A stretch of DNA of 32,000 bases from an uncultured Chloroflexia bacterium (GTDB taxonomy: Bacteria; Chloroflexota; Ktedonobacteria; Ktedonobacterales; JADMIN01). The position numbers were made by a program, and so were the translations under genes. The DNA is taken from positions 60,001 through 92,000 of the forward strand of contig CAVRAI010000009.1 of NCBI GenBank assembly GCA_963718915.1, in the 5' to 3' direction. Under the pieces are notes generated by a model. The model searched no databases, was not told the origin of the DNA, and was given only the letters and a program-made list of their open reading frames with translations. Of this stretch, positions 1-7,544 are shown one piece after another. The stretch's first letter is position 1. The number at the start of each line of letters is the position of its first letter.

Positions 1-1
1 G

Positions 2-1441
2 GCGGGCAAAGATGTGGTGATCCTGGAAAAAGGCGGCTACTTCAGCGAGTCAGACTTCACGGGCGTCGAGGCGCAGATGATGCCGGAACTCTATCTGCGA
101 CGCGGCATGCTCTCCACCGCCGACCTCTCGGTGGTCGTCCAGGCTGGCTCGTGTCTGGGCGGCGGCACGCTCGTCAACTGGAGCACGTCGCTGCGCACCC
201 CGCCGGAGGTGCTGGCGGAGTGGGAACGCGACTATGGCTTTGCGGGCGCGACCTCGTCCGAGTACGCGCATGGCTTCGACGCGGCTGAGCAGCGCCTTGG
301 CGTCAACACCGACGATAGCGCGCCCAACCGCAATAACGCGGCGCTCCAGCGCGGCTGCGAGGCGCTTGGCTATAGCTGGTCGAGCATTCCCCGTAACGCA
401 TCGGGCTGCGAGCAGCGCTGCGGCTATTGCGGCTTTGGCTGTCCTCACGGGCGCAAGCAGTCCACGATGCTCACCTATCTCCAGGACGCCCACGACCGTG
501 GCGCTCGTATCCTGGTGCGCTGCGCCGTCGAGCGCGTGGTGATCGAGCGGGGCAAGGTGACGGGGGTGGAGAGCTGGGCGACGGATAGCGAGACAGGTGA
601 GCGGCGGCGAGTGATTGTGCGCGCGCCGCTGGTCGTCGTCGCGGGCGGCTCGGTGGAGTCCCCGGCGCTGCTGCTGCGCTCGGGGCTGGAGAACCCCAAC
701 ATCGGACGCCACCTGCGGCTGCATCCGGTAGCGGCGTCCGGAGCGCTCTATCCCGACCCCATCGAGACGTGGACCGGCAGCCTGCAGACCGTCTATACCG
801 ACCACTTCGCGCGCATCCGGGGCGACTATGGCTTCCGCATCGAGGTGATGCCCGCGCATCCAGGGCTGCTAGGGCTGGCGACCACATGGAACAGCGGTCA
901 GGAACTCAAGCAGCTTATGACGCGGATTCGTCAGCAGGCGGTCTATATCGTGCTGACGCGCGATACAGGCGAGGGGCATATCACGCTCGATAAGCAGGGC
1001 GATCCGGTGCTGCATTACTGGCCGAATGCGGTGGACCGTGGCCATCTGACGCGCGGGATGCAGGAGGTGACGCGCATTGGGTTCGCCGGGGGCGCCACCG
1101 CCGTCAACCACAACTTCTCGCCCCTGCTCTCGCTGCAGAGCGAAGAGGGCAAACCAGGCGCGGTCGCTGATGCCACGATGAAGCGCTACCTGGCGGAGAT
1201 CGAGCGCCAGGGGATTGCGCCGAACCGCGTGATCGTCGGCACGGCGCACCAGATGGGCACGTGTCGGCTGGGTGGCAGCGCGAAGACGGCGGTCGCCCGG
1301 CCCGATGGGCAGGTCTATGGCGTCGAGGGACTCTATATCGGCGACGCCAGCGGCTTCCCGACGGCGTCTGGCGTTAACCCGATGCTCTCAACGATGGCGC
1401 TGGCATACCATGTCGCGCGGCAGATCACGGCACGGGGGTAA
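2..1441 (+). CDS. GMC-family FAD oxidoreductase (alcohol/choline-oxidase-like); 5' end lies outside the window
   Basis: The frame is open from base 2 (AGKDVVILEKGGY precedes the listed Met at 14). The C-terminus has the GMC signature GVEGLYIGDASGFPTASGVNPMLSTMALAY. Composition is coding-like, whereas the overlapping antisense ORFs are Arg/Pro/Ala shadow ORFs. Confidence 0.8.
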   Translation, partial: AGKDVVILEKGGYFSESDFTGVEAQMMPELYLRRGMLSTADLSVVVQAGSCLGGGTLVNWSTSLRTPPEVLAEWERDYGFAGATSSEYAHGFDAAEQRLGVNTDDSAPNRNNAALQRGCEALGYSWSSIPRNASGCEQRCGYCGFGCPHGRKQSTMLTYLQDAHDRGARILVRCAVERVVIERGKVTGVESWATDSETGERRRVIVRAPLVVVAGGSVESPALLLRSGLENPNIGRHLRLHPVAASGALYPDPIETWTGSLQTVYTDHFARIRGDYGFRIEVMPAHPGLLGLATTWNSGQELKQLMTRIRQQAVYIVLTRDTGEGHITLDKQGDPVLHYWPNAVDRGHLTRGMQEVTRIGFAGGATAVNHNFSPLLSLQSEEGKPGAVADATMKRYLAEIERQGIAPNRVIVGTAHQMGTCRLGGSAKTAVARPDGQVYGVEGLYIGDASGFPTASGVNPMLSTMALAYHVARQITARG

Positions 1442-1582
1442 CGCGGGCGGTGGGGCAGGAGCGGGCCGGAGCATCAATGCTACGGCGAATGGGCGTGTGT
1501 GACGGGTCCGTAAATTCGCTGTGGCCTGCAGGCTACGGCGTGACCCCGTGGAACCACGGCTGACCAGTTTATAAACCAGGAA

Positions 1583-1608
1583 GCCGGGGAGCGGAACAGC
1601 CCCCCGGC
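1583..1608 (-). terminator. Candidate intrinsic terminator downstream of the acetate channel gene
   Basis: GCCGGGG (1583-1589) pairs with CCCCGGC (1602-1608) around a 12-nt loop. On the minus strand it sits about 36 nt after the satP stop and is followed by TTCCTGGTTTAT, which is only moderately U-rich. Confidence 0.3.
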
Positions 1609-1643
1609 GATTGTATGCGTGCCAATAATACGAAGCCGATGTA

Positions 1644-2249
1644 CTAGGACATGGGCATGATGGGCAGCGCGATCTTGCCGCCGGAGACGGCGCGCAGGAC
1701 GCCAGCCAGGGCGACATACCACGCGGCGATTGCCGTGAGAACACCAAGCCAGCCGCCCACCGCGGTAATGCCAACACCAAAACCACTACCGTTGAAAAAG
1801 CCGACGGCGAGCAGAATGTAGGTGATGAACAGCAGTACAAAAACGACGACCAGCCCACCATTGAGACGGAAGGTGCCGAGCGTCAACATGCCGGTGATGA
1901 TGGCCCAACCAATGAGGTACCAGCCAACCGCGTTGCCTGTTGGGCCAGTAGCGGCGCCGAAGGTAATACCGAAGCCAGGGATGAGGAGCGCCGCGAACGA
2001 GAGCCAGAAGGCTCCGTAAGAACTGAAGGCGACTGCGCCGAAGGTGTTGCCGTTGCGGAACTCCCACATGCCCGCCAGCAACTGCGCAAGACCACCATAA
2101 AATACCGCGAGGCCAATGACAACTTTGACGTCACCCGCTCCCTTGAGTACGCCCGCGTTAACCAGGCTCAAGATGAACGTCGTCAGCCCGAAGCCCATCA
2201 GGCCCAACGGCGCGGGATCAGCGAGCGGGACTGCTTTACTGTCTGCCAC
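1644..2249 (-). CDS. satP: GPR1/FUN34/YaaH-family acetate (succinate-acetate) channel
   Basis: The N-terminal family motif PAPLGLMGFGLTTFILSLVNAG is present and six hydrophobic segments are visible. GTG start at 2249 with a strong SD (GGAGAGGAG) about 9 nt upstream. Confidence 0.85.
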   Translation of the reverse strand: MADSKAVPLADPAPLGLMGFGLTTFILSLVNAGVLKGAGDVKVVIGLAVFYGGLAQLLAGMWEFRNGNTFGAVAFSSYGAFWLSFAALLIPGFGITFGAATGPTGNAVGWYLIGWAIITGMLTLGTFRLNGGLVVVFVLLFITYILLAVGFFNGSGFGVGITAVGGWLGVLTAIAAWYVALAGVLRAVSGGKIALPIMPMS

Positions 2250-2273
2250 GAGTCAAACTCCTCTCCTCTACGC

Positions 2274-2288
2274 AGAACGTATCGTTCT
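2274..2288. promoter_or_regulatory. Perfect 6-3-6 palindrome AGAACG-TAT-CGTTCT just upstream of the satP SD; candidate operator
   Basis: All six arm positions pair (2274-2279 with 2283-2288). It lies 25-40 nt upstream of the satP start on the minus strand. Confidence 0.25.
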
Positions 2289-2376
2289 CGCCGGAAGATG
2301 AGTCGCCAACACTACAACGTGCTGGTGACCGAGACGCGACCATGGTAAATTACTGCCTAATCTCGCGAAGTGTCGT

Positions 2377-2417
2377 CCGGGTGCGGCCATCATCTCGCGA
2401 TGCCGCCCGGTCTTTTT
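2377..2417 (+). terminator. Orphan terminator-like hairpin plus T-run in the satP/acs divergent spacer
   Basis: CCGGG(tg)CGGC (2377-2387) pairs with GCCGCCCGG (2402-2410) around a 14-nt loop, followed by TCTTTTT (2411-2417). No plus-strand gene lies upstream of it. Confidence 0.3.
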
Positions 2418-2440
2418 CTCCTCCTTTCAACTATGCATCG

Positions 2441-2456
2441 TAGTGCCTCGGCACTA
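2441..2456. promoter_or_regulatory. Perfect 7-2-7 palindrome TAGTGCC-TC-GGCACTA; candidate transcription-factor site
   Basis: The arms are exact reverse complements. It sits in the AT-richer part of the satP/acs intergenic region. A second small palindrome, GTAAC-ATA-GTTAC, lies at 2483-2495. Confidence 0.3.
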
Positions 2457-2699
2457 TCACGCAGCGATTCTTCATCACCAGTGTAACATAGTTACTCACT
2501 TTTTTGGAGTATTGCGAATATATCGCGCTGTTATGTTATTGAAAATCTGGTATCATGGTATTGACGAGCGTCTACAAGGCGTGTGCTCTGGTGGTACGAA
2601 ACGCGGGAAATTGCGCGGCTCACCGGGGCAAGCGCCGCTCTCGCCCGCCCGACGCGGCTGTGTTCGTAATGAACGTTCCATTCGGTCAAGGGGGCATGC

Positions 2700-4687
2700 A
2701 TGTCAGCACCACAAGACTCCTCCGGCGCATCCACAACCATTGACGCATTACTCCAGGAGACACGGCGCTTTCCACCGGCAGTCCGAGTTCGCGGCGCAAG
2801 CGAACGTGCGCGACGAGACGGTGTATCAGCGCGCGCACGATGACCCCGATGGATTCTGGGCAGAGGCGGCCAACCGGCTCGACTGGTTCAAGCGTTGGGA
2901 CACCGTGCTGGAGTGGAATGCGCCGTGGGCAAAGTGGTTCGTGGGCGGCCAGCTCAACGCATCGTACAACTGCGTGGATCGCCACATCGCCACCTCGCGA
3001 CGTAACAAGGCGGCCATCATCTGGGAGGGTGAGCCAGGCGACACGAGAGTGCTGACCTATCGCGATCTCTATCGCGAGGTCAATAACTTCGCTGCGGTGC
3101 TGCTCGATCTGGGTGTGAAGAAGGGTGACCGTGTCGCCTTCTATATGCCGATGATTCCAGAACTGGCGATTGGGCTGCTGGCGTGCGCCCGCATCGGCGC
3201 GCCGCACACGGTCATCTTTGGCGGATTCAGCGCCGAGGCGCTCCGCGACCGCATCAACGACTCGCAGGCCAAGCTCTGCGTCACGGCGGATGGCGGCTGG
3301 CGGCGTGGCAACATCGTCCCGCTCAAAGATACGACCGACGCCGCGGTGGCCGAGGCGCCCAGCATCGAGCATGTGCTGGTGATGCAGCGGGTGGGGCCGG
3401 ATGTACGCCAGGTGACGATGAAAGAGGGGCGCGATGTCTGGTATCACGAGGCAGTCAACCAGGGAGACGCGACGGCTGGTAGATCCGGAGCCGATGGATA
3501 GCGAGCACCCGCTCTACATCATGTACACCTCCGGCACCACCGGCAAGCCGAAGGGCCAACTCCACACGACCGGCGGCTATCTCACCGGCGTCTCGCTCAC
3601 GCACGAGTGGATCTTCGACCTCAAAGAGGAAGATGTCTACTGGTGCACCGCCGATATCGGCTGGGTGACGGGCCACAGCTACATCGTCTATGGGCCGCTC
3701 TCGAATGGCGCAAGCGTCGTGATGTATGAGGGCGCGCCGGACTATCCCGATAAAGACCGCTTCTGGGCGCTGATCGAGAAATACGGCGTCACCATCATGT
3801 ATACCGCGCCGACCTCGATCCGCACGTTCATGCGCTGGGGCAACGAGTATCCCGCCCGGCGCGATCTCTCCAGCCTGCGTCTGCTGGGCACCGTGGGCGA
3901 GCCGATCAATCCTGAGGCGTGGATGTGGTATCAGGAGCATATCGGCCACAACAACTGCCCGATTGTCGATACCTGGTGGCAGACGGAGACGGGCATGATA
4001 ATGATTACGCCGCTGCCCGGCATCGTGGCCACCAAACCTGGCTCCGCGACCCGCCCGTTCCCTGGCATCGAGCCGATCATCCTCGACGAGGGCGGCCAAT
4101 CCGGTGCCGAATAACACCGGCGGCAACCTGGTGATTACCCGCCCGTGGCCCGCGATGTCGCGCACGATCTGGGGCGACCCTGACCGCTATGTCGCGACCT
4201 ACTGGAGCCAAGTACCGAAGGGAAGTATCTCACGGGCGATGGCGCGCGGCGGGACGACGACGGCTACTTCTGGCTGCTGGGCCGTGTGGACGACGTGCTG
4301 AACGTCTCGGGCCACCGCATCGGCACGATGGAGATCGAGAGCGCGCTGGTCAGCCATCCGGCGGTGGCGGAGGCGGCGGTGATCGGGGCAACCGACCCGG
4401 TGACGGGCCAGGCAATCGTCGCCTTCGTCACGCCACGCGGCGGCTACACCCCCAACGAGGGGCTTACCGCCGAATTGAAAGAGCATGTCGTGCGCCATAT
4501 CGGCGCGCTGGCGCGGCCCAAGCGCATCTATTACACGGCCGAACTGCCCAAGACCCGCAGCGCCAAGATCATGCGGCGGCTGCTGCGTGACATCGCCGAG
4601 GGGCGTGTCCTGGGCGATACCACGACATTGCTCGACCCCAATATCGTCTCGCAGATCAAGGAGCAGTACGAGAGCAGTGAGGGGTAG
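2700..4687 (+). pseudogene. acs: Acetyl-CoA synthetase (AMP-forming) interrupted by four frameshifts
   Basis: Acs-like sequence is continuous only if the frame changes four times.
- 2700-2777, frame 3: [26 protein letters not shown].
- 2779 to about 3471, frame 1: [10 protein letters not shown]...[11 protein letters not shown].
- About 3473-4096, frame 2: [27 protein letters not shown]...WWQTETG...ILDEGG.
- 4098 to about 4217, frame 3: [27 protein letters not shown]...YWSQ.
- About 4220-4687, frame 2: [39 protein letters not shown]...[14 protein letters not shown].

The apparent lesions are an extra G near 2778, an extra base near 3472, an extra C near 4096-4097, and a missing G near 4217. 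Confidence 0.85.
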
Positions 4688-4725
4688 AGCAAACCATTCC
4701 GCCAAGTGACAACGTCTGCGTAGAA

Positions 4726-4844
4726 TGAGCGTGCCGCAGACTGAAGCGCCACGGCTAATCCTGATCGTTCGGTATCCTGCCGATGGGCAACTAAGGTACA
4801 GAGCGGGTGGGATTAGCCGCAGGCTTCAGTCTGCGGCGCGTTTG
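4726..4844. repeat. Long two-tier inverted repeat (15-bp and 9-bp perfect stems) between convergent genes
   Basis: GCCGCAGACTGAAGC (4733-4747) is the exact reverse complement of GCTTCAGTCTGCGGC (4823-4837). The inner pair is GGCTAATCC (4753-4761) and GGATTAGCC (4810-4818). The two tiers are separated by a 5/4-nt internal loop and enclose a 48-nt apical region. G-C and G-U pairs extend the outer stem toward 4726/4844. Confidence 0.7.
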
Positions 4845-4846
4845 CC

Positions 4847-5666
4847 TCACTTCGTCGTGTTAAGGCCGTCACATAACGCACTCACCTCGGCGAATGCTTC
4901 ACGCAGCCACGCGATTGCCTCGGCAAACTCGGCCGGGGTAGTCTCTTCGTGATCCGCGCGATGCGCCTGCGCCCACGCGATCACTGGCTCCCAGTCGGGA
5001 TGTGTCCGCGCGGCCCAGGCAGCTGCTACGGGCTTGGAGCAGAACGCGCCGTGCTGGAGCGTGTAGAGCGCGCGGCAGAGCGTCAGCACGGCGAATGCGG
5101 GAAAGAGGCGCGGGCGTGGCCAGTGGTCGTACTGGTCATCCTCGACGCGCGGCCGCCAGACATTGGCAAGCTGCTGGCAGGTCGCCGTCGCGTAGCTGTT
5201 GAGGCGAGACAGGGTCTATCAGTGTCTCTGGCGGCGGGCCGAAGAGGATGACGCCGCGCTCGCGCACAATCGCCCGCTCGATGACCCAGTTGGCATCGTG
5301 GAAGCCAATCTTAAACGGCCAGTCGCTCCCGATGGTCGGATGCCAGGCCGTCGCTGGATCATAGCGGCGCAGTGCGTCATCTGGGATATATGAGCCTTCG
5401 AGATGATTGGCGAACGGCAGGTCACTCGCGGCGATCCGCGTGTGCATCTCGCGAAGCCGCTCAAACACAGGGTCATCCTCGGCGATGGCTCCGTACGTCA
5501 CCGCGAGAAAATCCACGTCGCTCGACGCTGGATCGAAGTCGCCCGACGAGAGCGAGCCGTAGAGATAGAGGCCCACGAGCTGGTCGCCAAGGACGTCCTG
5601 TATGCTGCTCAGCAACAGCGCGAGGACGGGCCGCACCACCTCAGGAATCTGGTCTGATGGGGTCAT
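4847..5666 (-). pseudogene. AadA-like (ANT(3'')/ANT(9)-type) nucleotidyltransferase with a DUF4111-like C-domain, split by one frameshift
   Basis: The N-terminal part (5666 to about 5195) has the NTase motif LVGLYLYGSLSSGDFDPASSDVDFLAV and ERGVILFGPPPETLIDPVSPQQL. The sequence continues in another frame (about 5190 to 4847) as ATCQQLANVWRPRVEDDQYDHW...AVLTLCRALYTLQHGAFCSKPVAAAWAARTHPDWEPVIAWAQAHR. This follows the AadA layout (VLTLSRIWYS...KDVAADWA). AAGGAG SD lies 5 nt before the ATG at 5666. Confidence 0.7.
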
Positions 5667-5695
5667 AGCGCCTCCTTTCAGGTATTTACCACCAG

Positions 5696-6017
5696 CTAGC
5701 GGCTGGGCCGACGTCGATGGGGGGGCCGACGTTGCATTGGCGTGGAGGATGCGCCAGCGGTTGGGTCGGCGGGCGACATAGCATCGGCGTCAGCCACCAA
5801 AGCGCGGATACCCTCCAACTGCGTGCTGGCAAACTCCTCCGGCAGATTGGCGAGCGTCTGGAGCAGGCCAAGATAGAGATCCCACGGCAGCACCGCCAAC
5901 ACCGGCATCCCGCGCCGCGTGACAGCCACCACAGACGTCGGCGCCTTCGTGTGTTAGCAGCGCTGGCAGCTTATCCAGCTGCTCGGCGGCGTCCTTCATC
6001 GCGAGTGTGCGTGCCAT
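5696..6017 (-). pseudogene. Phd/YefM-like small protein (antitoxin fold) split by one frameshift
   Basis: From the ATG at 6017 the frame reads MARTLAMKDAAEQLDKLPALLTHEG. Antitoxin-like sequence resumes one frame over as PTSVVAVTRRGMPVLAVLPWDLYLGLLQTLANLPEEF. The junction is at about 5935-5950. The C-terminal tail is low complexity. Confidence 0.5.
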
Positions 6018-6670
6018 GATATGTTCGTCCTCTCTTCGTATTCTTCGCCCGCCAGCTGCGGCGGATGATAGTGTCCAGCCAGATAGAGCGCGCGCGGGTC
6101 GCGTCCGAAGGCGAGCCGCCTGGCCCAGGTTGTCGGATACGCGCGCAGGTCGTCCGCCGCCAGCGATTGTGGCGCGGCGACGTGAAAGCCTGCCAGTCGC
6201 GCCAGCCGCCGCACCTGCTCGCCGCCCGACGCCAGCGAGTAGCCAGCCTCGGTCAGCGCGCCCCCGTTGAGCCGGATTTCCAGCGTCGCCCCAAGACGCG
6301 CCAGCCGTGCCAGCGTCGCCAGAAGCGGCGAGTCATCTTCCAGCAGTCCAGCGAGCAGCGTCCCCCAGGGAAAGTTGATCGTGATGGCGCTGGCCAACCC
6401 GGTAAGTCTCTCAGGCATAGTACAGACATTGGCGATCAGAAACAGCGCGTTGGCGGGCGCGCGCCGCGATGCCTCATACAGGTTATCACGGCAGGCGTCA
6501 ATGCCGATGACATAGTGTGCTGGATGCGCGCGAGCCGTATGCAGCACGAAGCGTCCGTCGCCCGTGCCGAGATCGATCAGCACGTCGGACTGGTCGGCGA
6601 TACGCGCAATGAGTTCGTCGAGTTCGTCAGTCGTTATCTCCTGGCAGCGCTTGCCACAGATGCGTTCCAC
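5996..6670 (-). CDS. 16S rRNA (adenine1408-N1)-methyltransferase, NpmA/KamB family (aminoglycoside-resistance type)
   Basis: Motifs sit in the same order as in NpmA/KamB: DELDELI...VLIDLGTGDGRF...YVIGID...ITINFPWGTLL...TWARRLAFGR...GH. GTG start at 6670 with a GGAGGA SD. The 3' end overlaps the next gene's ATG by 22 nt. Confidence 0.8.
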   Translation of the reverse strand: MERICGKRCQEITTDELDELIARIADQSDVLIDLGTGDGRFVLHTARAHPAHYVIGIDACRDNLYEASRRAPANALFLIANVCTMPERLTGLASAITINFPWGTLLAGLLEDDSPLLATLARLARLGATLEIRLNGGALTEAGYSLASGGEQVRRLARLAGFHVAAPQSLAADDLRAYPTTWARRLAFGRDPRALYLAGHYHPPQLAGEEYEERTNISWHAHSR

Positions 6671-6681
6671 AGCGATTCCTC

Positions 6682-6722
6682 CGGTCTGTCATGTCGGACA
6701 ACAATCGAGCGATGACAGACCG
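6682..6722 (-). promoter_or_regulatory. Leader hairpin whose 3' arm abuts and overlaps the methyltransferase SD
   Basis: CGGTCTGTCAT (6682-6692) and ATGACAGACCG (6712-6722) form a perfect 11-bp stem with a 19-nt loop. On the mRNA the stem ends in the first G of the GGAGGA SD (6677-6682). Confidence 0.35.
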
Positions 6723-7113
6723 CGAGGAGGCGCGCGGGCACGTGGATAGATGGCGCGGCAAAGAGCAGCGCGGAGGCAGGAAGAGGAGCGGCAAGTTGAC
6801 AGGCATACAGCGCAGCGTCAACCGCCGTCAAGCGCGTCGGGGGTATCTCTTAACAGTCGTGAGGGGCAACAGAAGTTGGACCGGTGAATGTTCCGGCCCG
6901 GCAAGGTCTGGCTACGGGCGTAGCATACGCCCTACCAGGGAGGCTGTTCGAGGCATGCAAGGCGCGCGCGAGACATCGGAAACCCGATTCTAGGTCATAT
7001 GTTGACGTGGAGAGTATATCATACGCGGGAGCCAGCGCGGAGTCTGGCTGAAATCTGGCAATCACGCAAAGCATCGCGCGGATACCACCCCCTTCTGGCT
7101 ACGAGGCTCCCCC

Positions 7114-7143
7114 TTGACATTGTCCCAGTCCTTCGAGTATTAT
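7114..7143 (+). promoter_or_regulatory. Sigma-70-like promoter for the PadR operon
   Basis: TTGACA (7114-7119), 18-nt spacer, TATTAT (7138-7143). It lies 66 nt upstream of the PadR ATG. Confidence 0.45.
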
Positions 7144-7151
7144 TCAGTTGT

Positions 7152-7177
7152 ACTTAGTAAGTGGCACGATATATATC
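7152..7177. promoter_or_regulatory. Two palindromes just downstream of the -10; candidate PadR autoregulatory operators
   Basis: ACTTA-G-TAAGT (7152-7162) and GATATATATC (7168-7177) are both perfect palindromes. They lie between the predicted -10 and the SD. Confidence 0.3.
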
Positions 7178-7208
7178 ACCGCTGAGTATCGAGAGGAGGC
7201 GCCTCGAC

Positions 7209-7526
7209 ATGCCCAATGACTTTGCCGATCTTGGCCGCTTCACCGACGTCTCACTGCTCATCCTGCTCAGCCTCGCAAATGGGCAGAAGCACGGCTATGC
7301 CATGATCGAGGACATCGACCGCTTCAGCGGGACCGTTCTGGAGCCAGGCACACTCTATGGTGCGCTCATGCGGCTGGAGAAGAAGGGCTGGATTGCGGCG
7401 CTTCCCGCCAAGGACCGACGCCATCCCTACCGTCTGACGGCCGCTGGAGCGGCTGCGTTGCGCGAGCAACTCGCCACTCTCCGGCGCATTGTCACCACTG
7501 GTGTCGAGCGACTGGCGCTGGGCTAA
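7209..7526 (+). CDS. PadR-family transcriptional regulator
   Basis: Winged-helix signature LLILLSLANGQKHGYAMIEDIDRFSGTVLEPGTLYGALMRLEKKGWI. ATG at 7209 is preferred over 7161 because of the GAGAGGAGG SD at 7190-7198. Confidence 0.85.
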   Translation: MPNDFADLGRFTDVSLLILLSLANGQKHGYAMIEDIDRFSGTVLEPGTLYGALMRLEKKGWIAALPAKDRRHPYRLTAAGAAALREQLATLRRIVTTGVERLALG

Positions 7527-7544
7527 GGGAAGGAGCACCGCACG

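Noticed and set aside
4733-4837. The GCCGCAG...CTGCGGC termini as a tRNA acceptor stem.
   Set aside because: The terminal helix is 15 bp of continuous pairing. There is no T-loop (GTTCGAATC-like) or D-arm pattern, and at 105 nt it is too long for a tRNA.
5719-5725. A G7 homopolymer inside the Phd-like gene tail as an additional frameshift site.
   Set aside because: The alternative frame after the run (IDVGPAASWW*) is no more protein-like than the listed tail, so no family-level evidence supports a shift here.
6723-7113. A riboswitch or sRNA in the remainder of the 490-bp spacer between the methyltransferase and PadR. It contains small hairpins at 6881-6896, 6915-6931 and 7031-7048, and a repeated TCTGGCTACG.
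   Set aside because: None of the riboswitch core sequences I can recall (TPP, SAM, cobalamin, glycine, ykkC, fluoride, ZTP and others) is recognisable. The hairpins are short and individually unremarkable. A covariance-model scan would be needed.
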